NCBI GenBank assembly: GCA_963697295.1
Contig: CAVONL010000012.1
Span: forward strand, 46,661 to 110,660
Reading direction: 5' to 3'
DNA length: 64,000 nucleotides
DNA from: an uncultured Planctomycetaceae bacterium
GTDB taxonomy: Bacteria > Planctomycetota > Planctomycetia > Pirellulales > Pirellulaceae
Translations under genes and position numbers: made by a program
In this document: positions 10,346 to 20,105 of the stretch, one piece after another
Layout of the letters: each line of letters opens with the position of its first letter
How positions within the stretch are numbered: the first letter of the stretch is position 1
The notes under the pieces: model-generated
Seen by the model: only the letters and a program-made list of their open reading frames with translations
The model's database searches: none
What the model was told of the DNA's origin: nothing

Positions 10346-11770
10346 TTAGTCCAATGACTTGAAGGCTTGCAATGCCCGTTCTCTTCCGGCTTTATAATCG
10401 ACGACGAAATCGGGATAGTCCAGACCCAGCTTGTTGATCGCACCGCTCAGTTTTTGAGGATCGTGCAGTGCCGAGCTTGGCACATCGCTGAGTTCGGGAC
10501 ACATCTTTTTAATGAACGATCCGTCCGGATCAAATCGTTTGCTTTGGCTGAAGGGATTGAAGATCCGAAAGTAGGGAACGGCGTCGGTTCCGGTCGAAGC
10601 CGACCACTGCCAGCCACCATTGTTGGCCGCCAAGTCGCCATCGATCAACTTGTGCATGAAATACTGCTCGCCCCATCGCCAATCGATCAGCAGATTTTTG
10701 GTCAGGAACATGGCGGTCACCATCCGCAGCCGGTTGTGCATCCAGCCCGTTTGATTGAGCTGCCGCATTCCGGCGTCGACGATGGGATACCCGGTTTGGC
10801 CCTGTTTCCAGGCCTCAAAGTCGCTCTCGTTGGTCCGCCAGTCGAGGGCGTCCGTTTTCAACTTGAATGGCTGATGTTTTGACACCCGGGGGCAGGCGAC
10901 CATCACATGCGTGTAAAAGTCTCTCCAGGTGAGCTCCGAAATCCACGTTGTTGCTCCCTGCTCACCCGCGATTTTACCTCCATTGGCAGCAACCGCGGCG
11001 GTCAGACACTGCCTTGGCGAAATCACTCCAGCAGCAAGATAGGGGGAAAGCAGACTGGTCCCGTTGACCGATGGAATGTCACGGGCCTCGTGGTAGTTCG
11101 AGATCTTGCGCGTAAACTTGCTCAGCCGGTTTTGTGCCTCTGCTTCGCCAGCCTTCCAGAGATCGTCGCGGAAATCGCCGAAATCAAATCCGGGAATGTT
11201 GGTGGGAATTTTGGACGGCTTGAGATTTTGCTCGGGCTGTTTGCCCGGCTTGGGCAGCACATCCACGAAATCGAGTGCTTTCGTATCCCACACACGGCGA
11301 TACGGCGTGAACACGGAGTAGAACTTGCCCTCCTTGGTGGCGATCTCACGCGGCGGAACGATCACTCGATCATGAAATCGGCAGACGGCAATATTGGCTG
11401 TTTTGCACGCCGCGGATACATCCTCATCGCGTCGAAGTTCATTGACCTCGTATTCGCGGTTCAAGTAGACCGCCGAACATTTGTGTTTCCGGGCAAACTC
11501 AACAATCGTATCCGGAATTTCGGAAAACGAATCGGTCGTCTCGATCCGTAGCGGGATTCGGAGTTTGCTCAACTCGGCTGATAACGCGGCCAGATTGTCC
11601 AGCCAGAATTTCACTTTGCAATCGGCGTCATCGTGTTCTTTCCATTGCCGGGGAGAGATCACAAACAGTCCGATTACGCCTTCCTCGGATTCCTTCGCGG
11701 CGCGAAACAGAGCCGTATTGTCGGCAACGCGCAAATCTCGTCGGAACCAGACTAGAGATCTCATCAGCAT
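10346..11770 (-). CDS. phrB: Class I CPD DNA photolyase
   Basis: LVWFRRDLRVADN, TSLLSPYLAAG, WISELTWRDFY, GQTGYPIVDAGMRQLNQTGWMHNRLRM, DGDLAANNGGWQW, YFRIFNP. Confidence 0.96.
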   Translation of the reverse strand: MLMRSLVWFRRDLRVADNTALFRAAKESEEGVIGLFVISPRQWKEHDDADCKVKFWLDNLAALSAELSKLRIPLRIETTDSFSEIPDTIVEFARKHKCSAVYLNREYEVNELRRDEDVSAACKTANIAVCRFHDRVIVPPREIATKEGKFYSVFTPYRRVWDTKALDFVDVLPKPGKQPEQNLKPSKIPTNIPGFDFGDFRDDLWKAGEAEAQNRLSKFTRKISNYHEARDIPSVNGTSLLSPYLAAGVISPRQCLTAAVAANGGKIAGEQGATTWISELTWRDFYTHVMVACPRVSKHQPFKLKTDALDWRTNESDFEAWKQGQTGYPIVDAGMRQLNQTGWMHNRLRMVTAMFLTKNLLIDWRWGEQYFMHKLIDGDLAANNGGWQWSASTGTDAVPYFRIFNPFSQSKRFDPDGSFIKKMCPELSDVPSSALHDPQKLSGAINKLGLDYPDFVVDYKAGRERALQAFKSLD

Positions 11771-11818
11771 CCAAGGGTTTGCTTTAGTTTTACAACGCTG
11801 CTGAGATTCACAAAGTAA

Positions 11819-11862
11819 CCTCTCCGTCTGGGCGAGGTCGCCGTTTCAGCGGCGGGTGAGGG
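11819..11862. repeat. CCCTCACCC...CTCxCCC...GGAGAGG-type palindromic intergenic element
   Basis: Minus strand reads CCCTCACCCGCCGCTGAAACGGCGACCTCGCCCAGACGGAGAGG, two adjacent hairpins matching my recollection of a widespread REP-like dispersed repeat. Only one copy in the window. Confidence 0.5.
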
Positions 11863-11953
11863 TCTATTTGACTTTAAACCGATTATTAAATTTCGTAATT
11901 CGGGTGAACCGAATAAATTAGCTCCGCGCAACGCGGATAAATCGAGAATCGAG

Positions 11954-12910
11954 TCACCCGGAGCGGTTTTTGAATGGCTGCTTCCAGTTTCCCAGCGCCG
12001 CAAGATGCTGGGCGATGCAAAGGGCCAATGCGAGTGGATTATAGCCACCTTCGAGCACGCTGATGATTTTGCCCTCGGCATGCTTGTTGGCGATCTCGGT
12101 GACAATTCGTGTCATGGTGTCGAAGTCTTCTGCTTCCAGATCCAGCGAGCCGATTGGATCGTCTTTGTGAGCATCGAACCCGGCGCTGATCAATACCAGT
12201 TGCGGTTGCATTTCTTCGGCGAATTCGGTCAGCGATTGCTGGAAAAGCTGCAATTGCGCGTCGCGTGGTGTCCCAAACTTGATGGGCACGTTTTTGGTGG
12301 TTCCCTTACCGGGGCCATCGCCCGTTTCGCTGGCCCTGCCCGTACCCGGGTAAAAATTGTCGCGGTGCATCGAAAAATAGCCGACTTTGGGGTCGTCCCA
12401 AAACGTGGCTTGGGTCCCGTTTCCGTGATGAACGTCCCAGTCAACAATGAGCACCCGCTCGTATCCTAATTCCTGCGTTGCCAACCTCGCCCCGACCGCG
12501 ATGTTGTTGAACAGGCAGAAACCCATCGCTTGATCCGACAACGCATGGTGGCCTGGAGGTCGGACAAGACAAAACGCGGTCAAATCTTCACCGCGATCGA
12601 TCCTTTCGACCGCGTCGCAAACAGCGCCCGCCGCCAGCAAGGCAACGTCGTAGGATTTGCTGCTGAGCACCGTATCTTGTTCAATCTGTCCCCCGCCCGC
12701 GGCAGCGAACGTCTTCACTTCGTCGACGTAAGACCGCGTGTGAACACGCTGGATTCGTGCCAGCGACGCAGGTTCCCATTTCGGACGACGATACGCCGCG
12801 TCGTTTGCCAGGGATTTCAGATGTTCGACTGCAGGTAACAACCGCGCCGCGTTTTCCGGATGGGCTCCGGTATCGTGCAATTGAAATATCGGATCGTAGT
12901 AGAGTAAAAT
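11954..12910 (-). CDS. Histone deacetylase / acetoin-utilisation (AcuC-like) family deacetylase
   Basis: HPENAARL, RPPGHHA, MGFCLFNN, DWDVHHGNGTQ, SAGFDAHKDD, LEGGY. The family-like N-terminus ILLYYDPIF extends in frame to an ATT at 12910. Confidence 0.93.
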   Translation of the reverse strand: MLLYYDPIFQLHDTGAHPENAARLLPAVEHLKSLANDAAYRRPKWEPASLARIQRVHTRSYVDEVKTFAAAGGGQIEQDTVLSSKSYDVALLAAGAVCDAVERIDRGEDLTAFCLVRPPGHHALSDQAMGFCLFNNIAVGARLATQELGYERVLIVDWDVHHGNGTQATFWDDPKVGYFSMHRDNFYPGTGRASETGDGPGKGTTKNVPIKFGTPRDAQLQLFQQSLTEFAEEMQPQLVLISAGFDAHKDDPIGSLDLEAEDFDTMTRIVTEIANKHAEGKIISVLEGGYNPLALALCIAQHLAALGNWKQPFKNRSG

Positions 12911-13042
12911 CTCGTCTCCTCCTGTCCTGGCGGCTGTTCGTTTGAGAATAATCTGTATGATGGCAGCCGTTCGTTCAATACCATAACGTCATGTAAGCAA
13001 GGTTGCCTTTCAGATTCACCAGAGTACCAACGATGAACCCCT

Positions 13043-14035
13043 CTAACTGCCGGGATTCGTAGTTTCACGCTCGTCGACGATTTCCTTGCCAAGAATTTCC
13101 TCGATGACGTCTTCCAGGGTGACGACGCCGATCAATTTTCGTTGTTTGCTTTGCACTCCAAACAAATGCGAACGACGTTTGAGGAATGCATCCAGCAGCA
13201 CATGCCCGCGCGTGTCGTCGTCTACGACGTACAATCGTTTGGCAAGACTGGAAAGCCGAAGTTCGAAATCACCTTTGGCCATTCTATGGAATATCTCCCG
13301 ACTCATCACCAGTCCCGTCCAGTGATCTGTTTTGCCAGGGCTGTGAATGGGGATTCGAGACAACGCCCGTTCGTCGATTTTCGCAAACGCGTCATGGACC
13401 GTCATGTCTGCCGGCAGCAAGACTACTTGTTCGAGAGGTGTCATAATTTGTGCGGCTCGTACATCGTTCAGTTTTAGCAAATTCTGAATCAGATCTGCTT
13501 CCAGTCCCAGGATACTCCCTTCCTCGGCGCTCATTTGGGCCATTTGTTTGACTTCCTCCTCGCTGGCACGCCGGAGGGGCTCATCGGGTTTCAAATACCG
13601 TGTAAATCTCTCGATGACCCACACAATCGGAAACAACAACTTGATCGCGAAAGCGATCGGCACCGCAGAGGTTCGCGCGACCGGCTTGCTATAAACGACC
13701 CCCAGGATCTTCGGGATGATCTGGGAAACAACTAGCAGACTCGCGGCCATGCCGACGGAAAACCAGATCACAAATTCCGGGCCAAACAGCGCTCGGGCTT
13801 GCGAACCGGCGATCGCCGCGCCCCCGACTCCCAAAACGGTATCGAAAATCAGAATTGCGGAGATCGGATAATCCATTTGCTCCTTGAATTGAGACAACAA
13901 CCTGCCTGACTGCTGTCCGGACTCCGCCAACTGACGGACATAGGGGCGATGGACTGCGTATAGTGCTGCTTCCACCAGCGCGCAAACTCCTGTCGCGAGA
14001 AACACGACGGTTACGGAAATAACAAAAAGAGTCAT
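13043..14035 (-). CDS. CNNM/DUF21 + CBS-domain membrane protein (CorB/hemolysin-like)
   Basis: VEAALYAV, PISAILIFDT, QIIPKILG, IMTP, SRIPI, GVVTLEDVIEEILGKEIVDE. AGGAGG SD. Confidence 0.9.
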   Translation of the reverse strand: MTLFVISVTVVFLATGVCALVEAALYAVHRPYVRQLAESGQQSGRLLSQFKEQMDYPISAILIFDTVLGVGGAAIAGSQARALFGPEFVIWFSVGMAASLLVVSQIIPKILGVVYSKPVARTSAVPIAFAIKLLFPIVWVIERFTRYLKPDEPLRRASEEEVKQMAQMSAEEGSILGLEADLIQNLLKLNDVRAAQIMTPLEQVVLLPADMTVHDAFAKIDERALSRIPIHSPGKTDHWTGLVMSREIFHRMAKGDFELRLSSLAKRLYVVDDDTRGHVLLDAFLKRRSHLFGVQSKQRKLIGVVTLEDVIEEILGKEIVDERETTNPGS

Positions 14036-14172
14036 CAAGCCTCCTGGTTGACCCAGTTATTTGGCGTTCATTTCTTCGCTTGGCCACTCAAGATGACCGA
14101 CCGTGTCATGTTACCCGATGAGGTCTTCTGCAGTTATGATGAAAAATTAACCCTTAACGTCAAGGAACCAAT

Positions 14173-15675
14173 TTGGATCTTCTCATATTTCCAAACCAGC
14201 TGTTTGCGCAGCACCCTGGGCTGAAGCTTAGCCCTTCGCGAGTCGTACTTTTTGAGGACAGCCTTTTTTTTGGCGATGCCTGTTATCCCCTCCGATTTCA
14301 CAAGCAAAAACTGTGGTTGCACCGGGCAACGATGAAGCGTTACGAGGCAATGCTCCGGGAAAAAGGCTTCGAGACGATTTATTTCGACTACGACCCGACT
14401 TCCGGATCGTTGGGAAAGCATCTGGCAAGACTGTGCCAGCCAAAGAAATCCAAACCATCGCGCTTTGTGGTGGCTCATCCCACTGATTTCATGCTCGAAA
14501 AGCGACTGGCAAGGCATGCCCGGGAACTCGATGTCGAACTCGAATATTTGCCGACTCCGGCATTCCTCAACACTCCCCGGGAGAATTTCGAATACCGCGA
14601 CGGCAAGAACCGCTGGTTCATGGCCGATTTCTACAAATGGCAACGCCAACGACTCGGAATCTTGGTCGAAAAAGATCAGCCGGTTGGTGGCAAGTGGAGC
14701 TTTGACGACGACAACCGCAAGAAAGTCCCCAAGGCATTGCTGGGCGAAATCCCCGCGTTGCCCACAGTCAAAACCGATTCGATCGACGAAGACGCGCGAG
14801 AATACGTTGAAAAAAAATTTGCGGACAATCCCGGAAACCTGACGCAACTCTATTACCCCACCTCGCATCGCGAGGCAAAAAAATGGCTCAAGCATTTCCT
14901 GGCCAATCGCTTCGAATTGTTCGGAGACTATGAAGACGCGATCGTTGAAGGGGAATCGTGGCTGTGGCACAGCGTGCTGACACCCTGTTTGAATACCGGC
15001 TTGCTGACTCCTGAGGAGGTTGTCAAAGCGACACTGGATTTTGCCGAAAAACACGAAGTGCCGCTCAATTCTCTGGAGGGATTTGTACGCCAGCTGATTG
15101 GCTGGCGCGAGTTTATCCGGGCGACGTACCAGGACCTCGGTGTGAAAATGCGGACGACCAACCATTGGAATCACCACCGCGAAATCCCATCCAGCTTTTA
15201 TGACGGCACTACCGGAATTCCGCCGATCGACGATACGATCCGGCGGATCCTCGACACCGGCTACTGTCATCACATCGAGCGGTTGATGGTGCTGGGAGGA
15301 TTCATGTTCCTGTGTGAGTTTCACCCGGACGAAATCTATGACTGGTTCATGGAAATGTTCATCGATAGTTACGACTGGGTGATGGTCCCCAACGTCTATG
15401 CGATGAGCCAACACGCCGATGGCGGCCTGATCACCACCAAGCCATATTTTTCCGGATCGTCGTACGTCCGAAAAATGAGTCACTATAAAAAAGGTGACTG
15501 GTGTGACGTGTGGGATGGATTGTACTGGCGGTGGATTGGCCTGCATTCTGACGAACTCGCCAAAAACCCGCGGTGGGCGATGATGTGCAGCATGGCCAAG
15601 AAAATGGATGCCAAAAAAAGGAAACTTCATCACCAGCATGCTGAGTCGTTCTTGAAACAGCTCCATCGTGGGTAA
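14173..15675 (+). CDS. Bacterial (6-4) photolyase / cryptochrome of the FeS-BCP (COG3046) clade, Fe-S cysteines absent
   Basis: FHKQKL, MADFYKWQR, GGKWSFDDDNR, HSVLTPCLNTGLL, EGFVRQLIGWREF, GYCHHIERLMV, DSYDWVMVPNV, TKPYFSGSSY. Confidence 0.93.
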   Translation: MDLLIFPNQLFAQHPGLKLSPSRVVLFEDSLFFGDACYPLRFHKQKLWLHRATMKRYEAMLREKGFETIYFDYDPTSGSLGKHLARLCQPKKSKPSRFVVAHPTDFMLEKRLARHARELDVELEYLPTPAFLNTPRENFEYRDGKNRWFMADFYKWQRQRLGILVEKDQPVGGKWSFDDDNRKKVPKALLGEIPALPTVKTDSIDEDAREYVEKKFADNPGNLTQLYYPTSHREAKKWLKHFLANRFELFGDYEDAIVEGESWLWHSVLTPCLNTGLLTPEEVVKATLDFAEKHEVPLNSLEGFVRQLIGWREFIRATYQDLGVKMRTTNHWNHHREIPSSFYDGTTGIPPIDDTIRRILDTGYCHHIERLMVLGGFMFLCEFHPDEIYDWFMEMFIDSYDWVMVPNVYAMSQHADGGLITTKPYFSGSSYVRKMSHYKKGDWCDVWDGLYWRWIGLHSDELAKNPRWAMMCSMAKKMDAKKRKLHHQHAESFLKQLHRG

Positions 15676-16162
15676 CTCTTGCCGAGAGTTACTTCGAACC
15701 GTCAAAAAACGCGGTAATTCGGTGCCAGTCGCACTCGGCAAGTTCGACCCGCGAAAAAACTCACTACTTCTCAGGCACGAGGTCGTGAAACAACGCTCCA
15801 CGCAGGCGAGCTGCAATGATGGCGGTATTTGGCGGTATTCAAATCTGGTTGTGAACATTGCTCCGCGCAGGCAAGCTGCGATGGTGGCAAACAAGGTTAA
15901 ATCCGCTACCGATAATCAAATGGAAACTGCACGACCTCGCACGGGCAGGGTCTATCGATTTCAACGAACCAATTGGACTAAATTACCTAATCGGAATAGT
16001 CTGACGGTTTTGCCAGCGTTGGAGCGCAGGTACAGAAAAATTCCACCCCATTTATCACAATCGGACCAATCACACTCAAATTTTCTTCCGACAAATCTAG
16101 ATACGCAGTGTGACCGCGCAAAAATTCTCGCGGTCCGCTTTAACTGATAGCTAGACCTCAAA

Positions 16163-17392
16163 ATGTATTGCCGCATGATCAGTGACCCACTTTCTCCACG
16201 CTCTTCTTCCGCTCCGATTGGCATTTCCGCGGTGTCGACATTTAAGCCGTCGTGGATCCTGCCGAACGACTGGTTCGAAACCATGGCTCGCAAATTTGAG
16301 CACCATACCGGGATCAAGCAACGCCCGGTTTCGACGGAAGATGAAGTGGCGCTCGCCGTCCACGCCGTAAACAACCTGGTCAGAGAGACGGCCTGCGATA
16401 TGCAGCATTGCGCGGGAGTCGTGTTTACATCACCTTCGTTTGTCCCGCTGCCGATTGCGCGAGAATTAATGGACGAACAGCAGGCCGAGCGGGAACAGTT
16501 GGATGCTGCTGCGGCCAGGTTTGTCAAGGAAATGGGGATTCAGCCCCGCCAGGTTGTCGCGGGGAATACGTATTGCGCAGGCTACGCGACTGCCTTGTCA
16601 ATCGTGTTGGACAATATGAACGCGTCGATTAATCTGCAAGCCGATGAGTTCATTCTCGTGTTGACGGCCAGCCGAATCAGCCGCATCACCGATTATGCTT
16701 GTCGTCAATCTTCGGCCCTGTTCGGTGACTTGGCGACGGCGACGATGATTTCACGATTGGACAGCGAGGCATATCCCGTCCATTTCGAATTGCTGGGCGC
16801 CAATGTTGAGGAGACTCCGACGAATCGACCGTTCTTTCAGTTCTTTCGTCGCAGCGAAGTCCTCACTCCGACCAGCGATGGCGGTAAGCGATTCGATTCG
16901 GAGCGCGTTGTATTTTCATTGGATGGCATGGGCATCGCGGATGCTGCCCCGCGGGCGATGGCCAGTGCGGCGAGCAAGATGTTGGATGAAACTGGATGGA
17001 CAACGAGGAACATTGATTACATCGTGCCGCACCAAGCCGGTTCGGGGATTGTTCGGTTTGCCGAAATGAAATTGGAAGAGGCTGGCTTTACCGCAGATGT
17101 TATTAATGGGATGGCCCGCGACATTGGCAATGTGAGCTCGGGTTCGGTTCCATACACGCTGAACAAGTTATGGAATCAACTGGACGGGAATATTCTCTGT
17201 CCGATCGCCAGTGTCGGACCTCCTGGTGAATGCACGGTCGCCCAAGGCTGCATCGCGCTTCGTTCGACTCCTATCCACCACGACCTCGTGCGCCAGGCTT
17301 CATCTTCGGTGCATTCCGTTCCCGTTTCGGCCCTTTCCGTCAGCCAAAATTCCGTACTGTTGGCGAATTCAGGCACCGCTTCTATGCCCTAG
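16163..17392 (+). CDS. 3-oxoacyl-ACP synthase III (FabH)-like condensing enzyme
   Basis: TGIKQR, catalytic Cys in YCAGY, LFGD, VPHQAG and GNVSSGSVP (Cys-His-Asn triad). Confidence 0.8.
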   Translation: MYCRMISDPLSPRSSSAPIGISAVSTFKPSWILPNDWFETMARKFEHHTGIKQRPVSTEDEVALAVHAVNNLVRETACDMQHCAGVVFTSPSFVPLPIARELMDEQQAEREQLDAAAARFVKEMGIQPRQVVAGNTYCAGYATALSIVLDNMNASINLQADEFILVLTASRISRITDYACRQSSALFGDLATATMISRLDSEAYPVHFELLGANVEETPTNRPFFQFFRRSEVLTPTSDGGKRFDSERVVFSLDGMGIADAAPRAMASAASKMLDETGWTTRNIDYIVPHQAGSGIVRFAEMKLEEAGFTADVINGMARDIGNVSSGSVPYTLNKLWNQLDGNILCPIASVGPPGECTVAQGCIALRSTPIHHDLVRQASSSVHSVPVSALSVSQNSVLLANSGTASMP

Positions 17393-17658
17393 GCGGCTGG
17401 ATCCTTGCCGCTCACATACCGGAGGCCCGCGCCTTGCCGCCGTGGATAAATCCAGCGCCGCCTGGGAGTTTGAGAGATTGTAAACTCGACCGATTACTGC
17501 CAAGAAAGACGACCCGTCAACGAATATCTGTCGAATTCGCAATGCCAGCTGGCACCGTAATTGTTGTAAACGCCAGTGGTTTGACTGATAATAAATGAAT
17601 CTGGCAATTCGACGAACGCGTAAATTGTGCAACGCACTGACCAGTCGGGGGTGTTCTG

Positions 17659-18276
17659 ATGTTCTACATGTTTCTCGTATGCGCCGTTTTGGGTGGCACC
17701 ATATTTGTTATTCAGTTCTTGATGACCGTGTTTGGGTTTGGACTCGATGACATCGAAATGCCGCACGATTTACCTGTCGACACGTTTGAGCATGGGCAAG
17801 TTGCCGATCATGGTTCGACCTGGTTGTTCGGAGTTATTTCGTTTCGCACCTTGACCGCTGCGTTGGCCTTTTTTGGCTTGGCAGGATTGGGTGCGCTGGA
17901 ATCCAACCAGGGACTGTTCGTGGCATTACCTGTTGCCTTGATCGCTGCGTTTGCGGCGTTGATTTCCGTTCACTTGCTGATGCGAACCCTGTTTCGACTG
18001 AAACACGAAGGCAGCATCGGGATTGAGCAATCGGTTGGCCGGCGCGGAACCGCATACATCCCGATTCCGCCACACAAAAACGGGGCCGGCAAAATTCAAC
18101 TGAAATTACACAACTGCCTGAAGGAGTACCGGGCGATGACCGACGAACCCGCAGTGATTCCTACCGGCACTCCGATCGAGGTTGTCGACGTGATCAGCCC
18201 CAACATGGTCGAAGTGCGGACGGCTCGCAAACCTAATAAAGACATGGCCGTGGCAGCCGACGCAGAACCGGCCTAA
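17659..18276 (+). CDS. NfeD/YuaF-like membrane protein, flotillin partner
   Basis: N-terminal TMs, SFRTLTAALAFFG, C-terminal OB fold (GTAYIPIP..GAGKIQ..IPTGTPIEVV); lies directly upstream of an SPFH gene. Confidence 0.85.
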   Translation: MFYMFLVCAVLGGTIFVIQFLMTVFGFGLDDIEMPHDLPVDTFEHGQVADHGSTWLFGVISFRTLTAALAFFGLAGLGALESNQGLFVALPVALIAAFAALISVHLLMRTLFRLKHEGSIGIEQSVGRRGTAYIPIPPHKNGAGKIQLKLHNCLKEYRAMTDEPAVIPTGTPIEVVDVISPNMVEVRTARKPNKDMAVAADAEPA

Positions 18277-18369
18277 CGTCTTGCCACGACCCCAATCAAT
18301 CAATGCTCGTTCGATAGCATCACCCGCGACAACGTGACGACCACCCGCAGACACTAATTGGAGAACTCG

Positions 18370-20047
18370 ATGAACTCGTTAACCCTCTTCGCTCAAATCC
18401 CCGGTGGCATGGGCACCATTATCGGAGCCGCCGCCGTTTTGGTCGGGCTGTTCCTTTTCGGATTCCTGGTTTTGTTGTCCCGGCAGTACAAACGCTGCCC
18501 AAGTAATCGCGTGCTGGTGATTTTCGGCCGCGCGGGCACCGAGGGGCGGGCCGCCAAGACAGTGCATGGTGGCGCATCATTTGTCGTGCCGCTGTTGCAG
18601 GATTATGCCTTTCTCAGCCTCGAACCGATTCAAATCGAAATTCCCTTGCGCGGTGCGCTGTCGTCTGAAAATATTCGGGTCAATGTGCCGAGCGTGTTCA
18701 CGGTCGCGGTGGGCACTGAGCAGGAGGTCATGCACCAGGCAGCCATCCGTTTGTTGGGACTGACCGTCGCCGAAATCCGCAAGCAGGCCGAAGAAATCAT
18801 CTTCGGTATTCTCCGGCAGGTGATCGCCGGCATGGGAATCGAAGAAATCAACCGCGACCGCGACAAATTCCTGGACCGAATTCAAAGCCACCTCGAACCG
18901 GAACTGAACAAGATCGGTCTGCAACTCATCAACGTCAACATCACCGACATCACCGACGAGTCCGGTTACATCGACGCGATTGGACAAAAAGCAGCTTCGG
19001 AAGCCATCCAGAAGGCCCGCGGCGATGTGGCCGACAACTTGAAAATGGGTGAAGTCCGGGTTGCCTCCGCGGATCGCGACAAAGAGATCCAGGTCGCCGC
19101 TGCTCAAAAGGAGAAGATGATCGGGACGCGCGAGGCGGAACGAGACCAGGCGGTTCGTATCGCCGAAATGGTCAAGGAACAGACGATCGGCGAAAAGGAA
19201 GCTGCCTTCCAACAGGAATCTCTGGTCCGGGACGCCGAGCGGATCATGCGGATCAAGGTCGCCGATGCGGATGCTACCGCGATCGAAGGTGAAAACGTTG
19301 CCCAGGCAAAAATCGCGCACTCCAAGGCGGAACTGGCTGTCAAACAGGCTGACGCCTATCAGCTGGGTGAAAGTCGCAAGAAGGAAGCGGAAGCAGCTGT
19401 GCTCGTTGTCAAAAACCTGGCCATGGCCAAAGCCGCTCTTGGCGGACGCCGAACGCGTTGAAGCCGAACAACGTGCCGCACTCGAAGCACCAGCCAAAGC
19501 GGAAAAAGCGAAAAAGATTGTCGAGGCCGAAGCGGAAGCCGAACGAAAACGGATCGATGCCAAAGGCGAAGCGGATGCCATCTTTGCCAAACTGGACGCC
19601 GAAGCCCGCGGACAATTCGAGATTCTGTCCAAAAAAGGCGAAGGTTTGCAGTGCATCGTCGATGCCTGTGGCGGCGCCAAAGAAGCGTTCCAGATGTTGA
19701 TGCTCGAACACCTCGACAACCTGGCCGATGCATCCGCGCGAGCGATTTCGAATATCAAGTTTGACAAGATCGTGGTCTGGGAGAATGGCGGCAGCAACGG
19801 TCGCACCAACACCGCCGACTTTATCAGTGGATTAGCAAAAACGTTCCCCCCGATGATGCAAGTGATGAAAGATATCGGCGGAGTGGAGTTGCCCGAGTCG
19901 CTGATCAAGTTCAGCGGCGAGAGCTCGGATACGAACGGAGCCCCATCCGAACCCAACGTGAATTCGAAACAGGAGGAACATACCACCAGTCACCGACCGA
20001 CGCCCGCGACAACTGATTCGACCGAGTCAACCGGGTCAACTGAGTAG
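18370..20047 (+). CDS. Flotillin (SPFH/Band 7) family protein, frameshift at ~19440
   Basis: YKRCPSNRVLVIFG, GALSSENIRVNVPSVFTVA, INVNITDITD, AEA-rich coiled coil. The C-terminus AISNIKFDKIVVW lies in 19265..20047. Confidence 0.92.
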
Positions 20048-20082
20048 GTCAGTCAACCGGGTCAGTTAACCGGGTAGGTCAA
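20018..20082. repeat. Degenerate short tandem repeat built on TCAACCGGG units
   Basis: tcgaccgag-tcaaccggg-tcaactgag-taggtcagtcaaccggg-tcagttaaccggg-taggtcaa, spanning the flotillin stop codon. Confidence 0.6.
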
Positions 20083-20105
20083 TAAACCATCCCGGTGAAT
20101 CACCA

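Noticed and set aside
14134-15894. 586-aa antisense ORF over the (6-4) photolyase
   Set aside because: Shadow ORF on the opposite strand of a clear gene, with no recognisable motifs.
15668-16147. 159-aa ORF between the photolyase and the KAS III-like gene
   Set aside because: No motifs and an AT-rich promoter-like 3' half; probably intergenic.
18577-19986. 469-aa antisense ORF over flotillin
   Set aside because: Antisense shadow of an Ala/Glu-rich coding region; no domain features.
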